Shown here: in pieces, positions 39,140-50,501 of the stretch
How the letters are laid out: the number at the start of each line of letters is the position of its first letter
Position numbering within the stretch: the first letter of the stretch is position 1
Origin: Paraspadella gotoi
Lineage: Eukaryota > Animalia > Chaetognatha
Direction: 5' to 3'
NCBI GenBank assembly: GCA_051294375.1
Contig: CM119266.1
Coordinates: forward strand, 26,382,153 to 26,446,152
Length of the DNA stretch: 64,000 nt
Program-made: the position numbers and the translations under genes
The notes under the pieces: generated by a model
The model's input: only the letters and a program-made list of their open reading frames with translations
What the model was told of the DNA's origin: nothing
Databases searched by the model: none

Positions 39140-40024
39140 TTTTAGCAGATCCCGACTCTATAATTCACTTTGTCGGTCCGCCCCCTCAATCTTGTTGGGC
39201 AATCACATATATCATGTCAGAATATCGAATTATGATAAATTATGCAAAAATAAAACGATGTCCGTCTGTCAGTCCATCTGTCCCACTTTAGAAAAAAACT
39301 CCAATTACTCGTGATTGGATAAATGGATTGGGATGAAATTTTGTGTGTGGGTAGAGAATTGTGTGATTGAGTTGAATAGAAAGTTTCGATGGTATCGTGC
39401 GAGTGGAAATGAGTTTAAATGGAAAAAACAAAAAAATATATTTCGCTATTTGAACGCCAATTACTCATAGGTGGACGGGGCAATTGACTTGAAATTTGTG
39501 TGAAAGTGTGTGATTAAGCTGGAAATCAAGTTTCGATGGAATCGTCGGAGTGGAAATGAGTTTAAATTGGAAAAAACAAAAAACCTGTTTCACTAATTGA
39601 TTATGCTTCTTTTTCTTTTTATATTAAATGTAAATGCAAGATGTATTAAGTAATCAAATAATTAATCAGTTAATTTATCAATTAATTAATAAATAATTAA
39701 ATAATCGGTCAATTAATCAATTAATTATTCAATAAATTTATTTAGTTAGCTATTAATTAATTATTCAAACAATCAATTCATTTATAAATTAATTAATTAT
39801 TTAATCAATTAATCAAGTCAATCTTTATCGGCATTATTGTCGTCATCGCCATCATTGTCGTCGTTGCTTTTGTCGTGAACAGTGACGAAAAGACCTAAAA
39901 ACCAACATTTCGAATCAAATTAATTAATTTATTAATTAAATTATTATTTTAGTTTGTATTAATTAATTAATTAATTACCGCTTATGATCGTGTGAAGATC
40001 CGACATTGTTTGCTCAAACTTGTT
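39140..40024 (+). mobile_element. HINE/DINE-1-like non-autonomous Helentron, family 1
   Basis: 5' AGCAGATCCCGACTCTATAATTCACTTTGTCGGTCCG, GTCC/GTCY microsatellite, 3' subTIR AGATCCGAC followed by hairpin GTTTG-CT-CAAAC and TT. Further copies or ends at 27790, 28563-30155 (-), 34520-35875, 36813 (-), 14075, 26355, 44355, 55912, 56160, 63375 (-). Confidence 0.7.
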
Positions 40025-41425
40025 TAAAAAGATTTTCAAAGAAAAAATAATAATTTGGATCACGTTGGTCATTTTCTTCTTGGTTTGCAGCCTCATCACT
40101 GCGCATCCTCGACTCGTTACAACTTCCGGTCTCGCCGAGTTCCTTGTTCCAACGGTCGCTTTTTCTCGGCCCATCGCCCTCAGAGATTGTCTCTCTTCGC
40201 TGGGATTCAGGCCACCTCTCATTCGTTCACTGTCCAGTAAAGGCGCGGCGCCAGGGGCTCGCTCTTTGTTTGGATTTGGTGCCGCCGCACGGTTTTCTCT
40301 TCGGCGCTCCTAACGACGCAGCGTTTTGCCAGATCTTCCTGGCGGCGGTCGTCTCTGCGCTTCCGGTTTACTTTTGTTATTTGACATTTAAAATTGTTTA
40401 AAAATATTTTTTTTTATTATAATTATGATAAAATGCTAATAATTATAATTGTTTTTTGCCATTACCATAGTAACTAAAATAATCAATATTAACCATAGGC
40501 ATAGCTACTTACAAAGCAAAAGCGATGAACCATTTACATCTATGTGCAATGTGAATTGTAAATATTCTTTGAAACATTATTCGACTTCCTTGATAGGGAA
40601 GCCAGGTACTCTGGGAGTGTATAAACCAGACTGTGAGACTGTGAGTGAGTCTTCATTAAAAGCTTGCAGAGACCTGCCATTATCTTGTAAGAGTGATGGA
40701 GGCCTTAAACCACCAAAGCCTGTCCAAAGTCATGGGTAAGATAGCTTAATTATTAAATGAATGGATAATTTTTATATTGGTTGTACCAATTTCATATACA
40801 TTTTCAAAAAAAGTATTTTCTCATTCGAAAAATTATAATGAATTATAAGATCGAAAACTTTAACAAAAAACGAAAATAGATTTTTTTTTTTTTTTTATTC
40901 GATCAGAATTTGGTAACGAATAAAAACTTCGTAAGCGAAAAATCATTTATTTATTAGCCGATTTTAAAAACGTACGAGGTTTTGTTCGAGATGAAATAAA
41001 TAAAAATAAATTTGAAAATATTGTCAATTAATCATATAAAACTAAAACTGAAAGAATACAGTTTTTTTGATATATCATCGATTTCCGCCGATGTACCACA
41101 GGCGATGATGGCGGCCCAAGCTTAGAAAAATTTGAATATCCAATGCTGACCTCCCTTGAAGCCGGATACCTTCGAAGATGGAGCGGATTGTTGTGCATGA
41201 TGGAAGGAATGATCACAGGTCATTAATTTATAATCCTATATTTGTGCGGTTGTTTAGTGTAACTTTTTATCAGCAGATTCCGACTATATAATCCACTATG
41301 TAGGTCCGTCAGTCCCACCACAAAATCTTGTCGGTAAATCATTATTATTATTATATCAGAACATCTATAAAAGATAAATTATGCAAAGTTTTTAAAAAGA
41401 GATATAACAACGATTTTATTTCAAA

Positions 41426-41477
41426 ATGAAACGGACATGTTTCGACTCACATACGATCTTCTTCAGCGCCACTTCAA
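41426..41477 (-). ncRNA. Minimal type I hammerhead ribozyme motif (inverted partner of the 43.0 kb copy)
   Basis: Minus strand TGAAGTGGCG-CTGAAGA-AGATC-gtatgt-GAGTC-GAAACATGTC-CGTTTCA; stem I pairing retained, 1-nt deletion in stem II. Confidence 0.65.
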
Positions 41478-41849
41478 TGTGTGAATTTGAAGTGAAATTT
41501 TGTGCATAAAGAAAGAGAGAGAGAGAGAGAGAGAAGGAAAGACAGGGAGAGAGAGAGACAGAGCAAAGTTTCCAACACAGAGTTTGAGAGAAAGGATTAG
41601 GGACAGGTGAAGGTGAGGACAGAGATAGTTTGTGAAAAGAAATTGAAATGGAGAGAGAGAGAGAAATGTACAACAAAGTTAATTTTTTTTGTAAACTTAG
41701 TAATGAATAATGTCAACAATTAACTACTGTAATAAATTAATGAAGTGAAATAGAAATTAAGAATTGTGAAATATTTATTGTTAGTGAGGGATAAGTAATT
41801 AGAAAAAGAGAAATTTCAATTAATAAGAAAGAGCTCAAAACGAGCTGAC

Positions 41850-42943
41850 CCCCCTTGGTTATGAACAAATGAAAGGCTAGATCGATAGGGTCGGCTCATT
41901 GGTGTGTCATTGGCTGAGAGGACAGGTTGCGGGGAGAAACCAAAGGCTACTCGGATGTCTCTCTGGCCTGGTACGCCTGCCGACTGCCTGCTGGCAAGGT
42001 GGCCGGCTTTCCATTATTGCTACTTTCGCGACAGGAGTGGTGGCCTCCCCCCTTTCCTACTGCAGCTATCGCTTTGGGCGGTGCTCAGTCCACAGAGGAA
42101 GGGAATAAGTTGCTGCAGTTGAAGGGGAGGTATCGTCTGCCCATTGCCCTCGCAAGGGTCTCTGCCTGTCTCGTTGAGTGGAGACGGGGGAATCATTGTG
42201 CGGACGTGGTGGAGACGGAGCCTCCACCACGCTTTTGATAAGCAAATCATAACTTTGAGGGAGATCGAATCGTCCTCCATCACGGTTCAAAGAGGGCTCG
42301 AGGGCTTAGATGTAGATTGCCTCTCTAATATCTCTTGAGAACCAGCTTGGGTCATGGGACAACACGAGACAGTCTGATTCTCTGCATAGATGGCCATTGG
42401 CCAGTATGAGCCGTGTGCTCAGCTATAGCAGATAGGTAGTGGCAGAGAGCCGCGAACCGTCACTGAGGTGGAGATCCCCTGCTTTGCCAGCACCCACACC
42501 AATGATCCCCTGGTGGTAGGGGAGGGACAAGTGACCCACGTTCTTTGGGCGCTTCTGATTATCTTCCAGGTGCGCTGTGGTGGGCGCGGTTGGCTCTTCA
42601 GCAGCAAGCTCCCTTTCTGCCTCCTGGGGGATGGAGGCAGAAACTGCATCAGCGGCTACTTGGGCAGCTCCTAGGTGGCCACTGCCCTCAACCAGACACG
42701 GCCGGTACCTAGCCTTCTCGAAGGCCCACAATGGGTAATCATTGATCGCCAAGGCTCTTTTGACGTGCTCAAGCTCGGCGGCCTGAAGCTCGGGGGACGA
42801 CGGAATCAATGCGGCTCTCCTGGTAAGGCTCTCCTGGTAAGGCTCTCCTGACTGTGGCGAGCTTGTGAGATAAGGGCGCATGAGAGTCAAAGGGAATGTA
42901 TTGGTCTGTGTGCGTCGGTTTGCGATATACTGAAAATTCCAAA
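41850..42943 (-). mobile_element. Penelope/Poseidon-type retroelement 3' fragment (RT thumb and GIY-YIG C-terminus), degenerate
   Basis: LEFSVYRKPTHTDQYIPFDSHAPLSHK, ELEHVKRALAINDYP, LSLPYHQG, REAIYI..LNRDGGRFDLPQSYD; contains frameshifts, stops and a 14-bp tandem duplication at ~42813-42850. Confidence 0.85.
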
Positions 42944-42984
42944 TTTCTTTCTTTATGCACAAAATTTCACTCCAAATTCACACA

Positions 42985-43040
42985 TTGAATTGGCGCTGAA
43001 GAAGACTCGTATGTGAGTCGAAACATGTCCATTTCATTTT
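42985..43040 (+). ncRNA. Minimal type I hammerhead ribozyme motif (Penelope-like element associated)
   Basis: CTGAAGA-A-GACTC-gtatgt-GAGTC-GAAA-CATG-TC: intact catalytic core, 5-bp stem II, palindromic ACATGT stem III, GUC cleavage triplet ending at 43029. Confidence 0.7.
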
Positions 43041-43218
43041 GAAATAAAAGTGTGATATATAGTTTAGATGGAATTGTGTGAGTGGAAATGAGTTTAAATG
43101 GAAAAAACAAGTCATATTTACTAAAAGTATATATTTGCTCATAGTTATTATATTTATTAAAAATTGGATAGATAAATTGAATTGAAATTTTGTGTTGGTA
43201 GGAAAGTTTGTAATTAAG

Positions 43219-43937
43219 TAGGAGTCTACGTCGTTCTTAGAGATCGAGGAAGACTTTTTCAATGGAGATTTTCGTTCAAATCTGACTACCAAACTATATA
43301 AACGCTCCTGGTAAAAATTCTGGTAAAATATCGATGTAAAAACACTTGATTCCGATCCTGTTGCATCTGAAGGGCTCGCATTTTTTTTCTCTTGCAAAAT
43401 CATCAATCTTGATATCAAACAAGCCAGAACAAATAGACTGCTTCTGGACGGAAAAATTTCCATCTCTGATTTTATATAGAAATGAAAGGGATTTTTTCTT
43501 GAAAACAATATAAACGTGACTGAGGTATGTTCCTGTTCAACAAATGAGGTCCAATTTTGGAATCCTTTGGCAAAGTGTCTGAAGGGCTCTCAAAATTTTT
43601 CTTTACATTTTATTAGGTTATTTTGATATGATACGATCATGGTAAAGTGAATTAGTCCATTTTAGTGAAATTTTTATTTAAAGTAAAAGTAAAAGAGGAG
43701 CTAACGATAGGAATTCTAAGAGTTTTCAACCGGGAGTCAGATTCGGGAAAAATCTTCTATGGCGAAAATGTTCCAAAGAAGGGGTGAATTTTCCGAAGAT
43801 TTTGGTTAATATTTTCTATATCTATAGTCGGATTTTTTTTGAAACTTAATATTAACAATATTGCCATTATTTACCTTGGCCGGTATAAGAATATATTAAA
43901 AAAACCTCCGGGCTTTGTTCGTCAGAGCTTAGTCCTA
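43219..43937. mobile_element. Non-autonomous element with TAGGA..TCCTA ends and 7-bp TSD (hATw-like); other copies at 33682-34231 and 1-345 (inverted, partial)
   Basis: Three homologous copies; AATTAAG is duplicated on both sides of this copy. Confidence 0.6.
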
Positions 43938-45067
43938 AATTAAGCAGGAAATAAATTTTTGATGGTATCGTAGGAGAGGAAAAGAGCTTATATTAAAAAA
44001 CAAAAAGACACATTTATTAAAATTTTTAATATTTCTCTTTTTGATTGATTGACCAAATTATGCCAGTTGACCAAATTGTCAGTTGTCCAAATTATGTCAG
44101 TTGACCAAATTACATAAATTGACCAAATTACATCAATTGACCAAATTATGCGAGTTGACAAAATTATGTGAGTTGGTATTGGCACATATACTGGTAATGA
44201 TTTATAGATAATTGATTTATAGGTTTTTTCATAGATTTATTAAGTCTGTTCTGATATGTTATGTTACGATTTGTTATGATCTGTTAAGATCACAAATTAA
44301 AATAAAAATAATTACCGTGATTTATCATCGGATTAGCTTAATACCGCTTAATAATCGTAGGCAGATACGACATTGTTTGCTCAAACTTAATAAACTTTTC
44401 AACCAAATTATGTCAATAATTCCCTAACCAGTTGCCACTATCTCACTTTAGGTTTTTTCCAGGAAATTTTCAAATTAATTTCTACATTCAGATTTGAAAA
44501 ATAATTTGAATGATTCAGGAAGAGGAGTCTTAATCCTCCCGGACGGCGAACGGATATATCGCTCGAACCTCTCCCTTGTCGTCGACTTTTTGATACTCCT
44601 CTTTGGTTGCTTTCCAATTACTGTCATTGGTATCTTCTTGCATATCAAGGTAGGAATTATAGTTGCGCCGAGAGTACTCGCGGAGCAAATCTATAAGTCA
44701 CTTTTCGGTCGGTCTATCGGTCAGTATGCCTTTCTTTCGGTCTGTCCGACTTGCGTTAAAACAGTACATAATTCGCTTATAGTTATACTAGGTTGCTCAT
44801 TTGTTATTGCGCCGCCTTTTGTTTTTTAGCCGGATTTTTCTTACAGCAGATCCCGGCTCTATAATTCACTTTTTAATCTGATCTGCTAACCAGCAGATTC
44901 CGACTCTATAAAGTATAATTCACTTTGTCGGTCCATCGTTATAAAGAATAAAATACGAAATTTTGATGCAGTGCATGTCATAAATATACAGGCTAAGAAA
45001 GTTAATGTTATTGTATTCGCGTCATGTCATTTAAGTATTTAGACAGGGATTTCTACATGAAATCAAA

Positions 45068-48000
45068 GTGGAGTTTAATGGAGCAGCATCAGGTGGGGGA
45101 GCTGTTCCAGCCATTTTCTTGGCTGATCTTCTACAGCTTTGCGGAGGGCTTGGCGTATTCTGCCGATATCTCTCTCGGCTCTATTACTATCTTTTCTTCC
45201 AACCAAGACTCTCCTTCCCACTGTGTCGAGCAGATCCAGTATGGAGTTCATTGCTCTTCCATTCAGTTGGGTTGCGCCATCAAAGTTGACTTCCATATAA
45301 GATCCATGTTGGAGAAAAATCTTTTCGTCTAGGGCTTTTACTATCGTCTCTGCGTCTGCGCGGCGTAATGGGATGGCCCAGGTGTATGCGGACGCGTTGT
45401 CTGATGCGACGAGGGCGTAATTGAAGCCGGCGACTGAGGGAAGATGCATTACGTCAATGCTTAGTGATTCCCAAGGAGTGATGGCTAGGTTGGGAGCGGA
45501 TGGCGTTTCATTGTTTCTCTGTGTGTCTGTGGATTTTGCACAATTGTCGCAATTTCTAACGCACTTTGCTGCTGCAGTTGTCAGTCCTGGTGCTGTGATG
45601 TATTGGGCCGCTATGAATGCTGTGCGGTCACGTCCTGGGTGTCCGTAGTGTTGATGTAGTTGATTCACTATCTCCTCGGCTTTTTCAGGAGGGATGACAA
45701 ATTTGGTTGTCGGGTTTTCAGCCCTGTAACCTTCGAGTACAAGGATCCCGTTTCCGGTCACGTTGAGATCGGAAAGGACGTTGGCGAGGTATCTCTCTGT
45801 CAAAGTTTTTTCTTTTTTGCATTTTCTCATTTAGAAACTTTTCTGCTGCTTCTCGGTCATCTTGTTGTAAGGTGCTTATAACGGTTTTAAACAGCTCGTC
45901 TCTTTGTTGCCATTCCTTTACTTGACTTGCCATTGGCATTAATTTAGCTTCTCTTGTGAGGGGTTTTGCTGCCTCCTCTGCTACCTCTGCCTCTGAGGTG
46001 TCGACATCTGTCTCGAGGGTGCTGTCGATCATCAATTCACTGTCTGCTCCAGGCCAGTTCGATTGGATCGTTTCCACTGAGGTGTGCTTTGTTGGCAAGG
46101 GTGGCGGCGGTGGCGCTTGCGGAGTTGAAGGTGTCCGCGTCTTTCGTCTTTGGTTTACCATATAGTTTTTCAACATTGGTTTTTATTGACGCAAATCTTT
46201 GTCTGTACGAATTCAAAGAATTTAGTCCTGAACGATTTGGTTTCCTCTTCCAGCATTTGTGCAATCAGCGCCAAGGTGGGTGCATGTCCTGTTACTAGAT
46301 CCAGATGCTCTGGTGTCACATGATCTTGTACAGGGTTTTCGGCAAAGCCCGGCTCGTACTCGCCATCAACGTCAAAACCTGCTGGGAAAAACGGGGTGTC
46401 CAAAGGTGTGACTTGACCCTGTTCGGTGAAGCGTGTTAGAAAATCGGCAGGATTGTCTTCACTCTTCACTAGTACGACTTCTTTTGGCTGGCATTCCTGT
46501 CGGATTTCCGTTACCCATCTGAGGACGTTCGTCGGTAGCATCTGTTGTCGATCGTGTTGGAGATCCATCACCCTTTTAAAGTACTGAGAATCGGTTACCA
46601 AGGTTACTCTCCTGCCGCACGTGTAGCCTTTGAACTTGCGAACCATCATGTTAAACGCAAGAGTCTCAAGGACGTTGATATGTTTTATCCTATATTCCTC
46701 GGGGAAGGATTTGGAGTGAAAAGATAACGGATATTCGACGCCGTTGGCTGTGGCTGTGATCAGCCCTCCCATTGCGCTCGTACTGGCGTCCGCGTAAATT
46801 CTGTAAGATCCGTTTCTGATTCTGGCGTCGTTCAGAAAGTTTAATCCTGGACATGCTTTGATTTCGTCAACGAGGGTTTGGAGCATTTCGATGTGTTTTT
46901 CGGAAAGCTTAAAGTCTTTCTTGTCAAGTAGGGTCAGGGCATGGAGAGGCTGGGCGATGTAAGAGAATCGATGAGTAAAACATCTGTAATAGTTTAGTGA
47001 CGCTAGCATGGCTCTCAACTCCTTCTGGGTTTTGAGGGTTTTGAGCTTTAGCTCGACGGCCTGCAGCTTCTCCTTCTGTGGAAGGAGTCTGCTCTTGGAG
47101 ATGCTGAAACCCAAGATTTTGATGTCCTCCTTCCTGAGGAGGACGCTCTTTGTCCATTTGAGGACGACATTCTCGTCTCGGCATCTTTGCAGAAGGTCCC
47201 GGAGCCTTTGTGCCATGTCCTCTGGTGACTTTGCCGTGAGGATGAGGTCGTCGACGTAGACTAGGAAGCTTTTGACGTCCGTTCCTAGATCGTGGAAGAT
47301 CTCGTCCAATATTGCCTGTAGTACGTTCACACTGTTTACTCCTCCCATCGGTAGCTTATTCATCCACCAGTTGTGACCTGCACCCGCGAAGGTTGTGACG
47401 GGTTTGCAGCGTTCGGTCAGGTTGACCTGGTGAAAGCAAGCTAAAATGTCGACGGAGCATTGTAGTTCGTGTGGCTTGTATTGCTCCAAGATTGAGGCAA
47501 TTGTCTGTGGTTCTGTTGCATACGTCGATATGTTGTTGTTGACGGCGGAGAGGTCGCAGATGAGTCGCCATTGTTTTGCAAATGTTTCATCGCTCATTTC
47601 ATCCTGCCCTTCAGCGACGTGACCCGGTTTTTTTATGAGGAAAGCATTGGAATAAGCCTCATTTCTTGTGCTGGATACGATGCCTGCTTTTTCATATACC
47701 TCGAGGTACCTTTTTAACGCAGCCTTCTTTACAGGGCCTTGGTTCGCAAATCTTGGCTTGGGCAGGTCGTCAGTAGTATATCCAAGGTCCACCTTATAAT
47801 TGAGGAAACCTCTTTGCAATCATTTATTGTTTCCCCAAAGACATCACGGAATTCCCACACGATCTCCCACACTAGGTGTGCTTTGTCTTGGAGTGATGGG
47901 TCGACATCTTTGAAGGGTTTTAAGAAGGCCTCTTTTTCCGCGGGCGTCGTGTTTTTGTTGTCTTTTTTGTCGGGCCTCCTTGACTGCCTTGATCTCCTCC

Positions 48001-49800
48001 TCCATTGGTTTATGATGCACGATTGTGGTGGCCGGGATATTATCTTTCCTCACTTTTCTGAGTAATGGTTTTTCCCCAGTTAGGTCTGCTTGTACAGGTT
48101 CTGCTGTGGAACCAGTTTCCAAACCTAATTCAGTTTTAGCCTCGTTTGTGATCAAGGGTCTTGCCAATCCCCAGGGTCCTGGGTTGGCATCGAATTCGAT
48201 GCCTTCCCTCAGCAGGTCCCCATCCACAACATGTGCTCTTTCTCCATCAGCGGATTCGATTATCCATCGCGTGCCGGCAAGTGTTTTCCAGTAGGATCTG
48301 GTGGAGGTCAGTTTGACCCTTCCATCTGCATTGTGCTCGGCGTGAATTGGAACTTGTGTGCTCATCCACGTTTCCCCTGGCTAACCATCTGGCTGCTTTT
48401 AAAGCTTCGTACTTATCACGGAAGAGATGGGTGATGGGTCTGTTTCCCATGGATGCAATTTGTAGGTCGTGCCTTTGGTTTGATGGTTGAACTACCCATA
48501 GTTGATCTGGTGGCCCGGGGTTTGTGACTGCTGTTCCGATAATGACATCCTGGTCATTTTCATCCGCAGAGACGTAGAAGACCGTCCTTAAAACCCATTT
48601 TTGGAACATAATCCTGAGGTTTATTCTTTCAGTGAGGGTTATTGTTCCGGTGGCCGTTGACAATCTCAACGGGGTTCCGTGGTAGATGTGCTTCGATAAA
48701 GCCCATTTCTCGATGAATTTTCGCGGGATGGTATTGACGGATGCTCCTGTATCATACAGGCAGCTGGCCGGTGTTCCCGCGATGACAGCCGGTATGTAGC
48801 TGTTCTTTCCCGTGTGACACCTTTTGGCAGTGTCATCTCTGGGTTCAGGTCCCTCATTTCCCTTTATTATGTTGGTGATTTTTTCAGGAAGGCTGGGCAT
48901 CTCCTTTTCATCTTTAGTGGTCTCTGGGTGGCTTGTGGAGTGAGGAAGAATTCTGGCTGGTGGAGTCCAATTCCACCCGCCTGATGGTCGCCTGATGAAG
49001 AGATTCACCCATTTGTTTCCCAGCTACTATTTGGTAGGTTGGGTTGTTTAAGGTTCCAATGGGTCGAAGTTTCCTTAGGCTTGGCTTTTCCCCACGTTTG
49101 ACTGGGTTTGGCCTATTCTTCTGTTTGTTTGCTAGGCCAGGGTCCCTGGGTGGGCTTGGTTAAGATTCGAGAGTTTGGCAAGGATTTGGATTGAGCTCCA
49201 GGCTTAGGCTTGTAGAGCTTAAGTTGACCGGAGGGCGCGGTTTTGGATGCTGATCCTCTTCCCTACTTGCTCTTCTGAATAGCTTGGCGCAGGCTTTGGA
49301 CCTTGTGATGATGGCCCTCCTTCCAGAGTTATCCATTTCACCCCACTCTTTCCAGCCTAATTTATGCAGGTGTTTGCTAGCGAGGGCCAGCTCCCTTGCT
49401 TCCAGAGGTTTGAACAGTTTGAACATTCGCGATGCTGTTGATTTTCCTCTTAATTTATTTGCTATTTCAGCAAGTGATCTTATTTTTGTTATTTGGTTTT
49501 TGTTGACACTTTGTGTGTTTACTTCCATGACTTTTTTTCCAAGTGTTTGATATTTTTCTTTTAATTGTTGTGTAGTTCTTTTTCAATCTTCGCCTTTTTG
49601 TTTAAAACGCGGCCATCATCTTTTTTGGCATTGAGTTCATGGGACAATTGAATGTCGCGTCTTTGTCCAAACATGGGGCCTTTGTATGGCCTTTGTATGG
49701 CCTTTGTATGGCCTTTGTATGGCCTTTGTATGGCCTTTGCATGGGCGTTCAGAGCTGCGTCGTTCTTGGCGTTCTTGGTGGTGGTATTGGGTGGCCCGAT
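45068..49800 (-). mobile_element. Ty3/Gypsy LTR retrotransposon internal region, copy 1 (gag-like part, PR-RT-RH-IN; truncated in integrase)
   Basis: Protease LYDTGAS (48247-49008); RT WRLICDL..KLPMG..YVDDL and RNase H YADAS..LVTDS..NPADFLTR (46170-47819); integrase HQHYGH..C-x2-C, SIDV, FDG, NRAER (45075-45830). Gypsy domain order, with several indel frameshifts. Confidence 0.92.
49678..49739 (+). repeat. 11-bp tandem repeat (GCCTTTGTATG) x5 in the gag-side region
   Basis: Directly visible. Confidence 0.85.
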
Positions 49801-49933
49801 NNNNNNNNNNNNNNNNNNNNNNNNNNNNNNNNNNNNNNNNNNNNNNNNNNNNNNNNNNNNNNNNNNNNNNNNNNNNNNNNNNNNNNNNNNNNNNNNNNNN
49901 NNNNNNNNNNNNNNNNNNNNNNNNNNNNNNNNN
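49801..49933. other. Assembly gap (run of N)
   Basis: 133 N characters. Confidence 1.
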
Positions 49934-50221
49934 AAATCATCAGAAAATAGACATGAAGACGGTGTCAATATTTGGACAGAATGAATCAAAGCAGAAACAG
50001 AGGCTATTTATAATGGGCAAGTAGACGAAGCCAGATTCCTCTTCCGGAATCCTCCTCTTCCTCTTCTGGAACCTTCTTTTCCTCTTCCGGAAACTATTGT
50101 TCCTTTTCTGGATTTGGCTTCCTAAATCCCGTTCGAAATCATTCCAGAATCTTCTTCCTCTTCCGGAATCCTCTTCCTTAATCCTTTCCTCTGTTTCCGG
50201 GTTTCATTCATCTGTGATGCG
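49934..50221 (-). repeat. Partial LTR (U3 with TATA box) running into the assembly gap
   Basis: Immediately follows the PPT; repeated CCGGAAG/GGAAGAGG motifs and TATAAATAG (50012-50004). Confidence 0.65.
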
Positions 50222-50466
50222 TCCCCCCCTCCTCTGGCGACGACGCACGTGGTCAGTCGGTAGTCGGAGCTTAGTAGGGGATGAGATTTAGTTTTGAAAA
50301 AAACTTTTTTGGCTGAGTTTTTGAAAAAAACTTTTTGGGTGAATGTTTTTGCACACGGATCTTTTTAGATATAGTTTTGAATTATTTCTTCTCTTTCTTT
50401 GGGAGAGAGAGATGAGAGAGAGATTGTCTCTCGCGAGTGGGACGATTTTCTGATAGAATGATTTTC

Positions 50467-50501
<35 letters not shown>

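Noticed and set aside
48360-48385. G-GGA-AAC slippery heptamer at a pol frame break, suggesting programmed -1 frameshifting
   Set aside because: A -1 shift hits TGA within three codons and the frame needed is +1. Other breaks are mixed +1/-1, lie mostly in homopolymers and partly differ between the copies, so decay or sequencing error is more likely.
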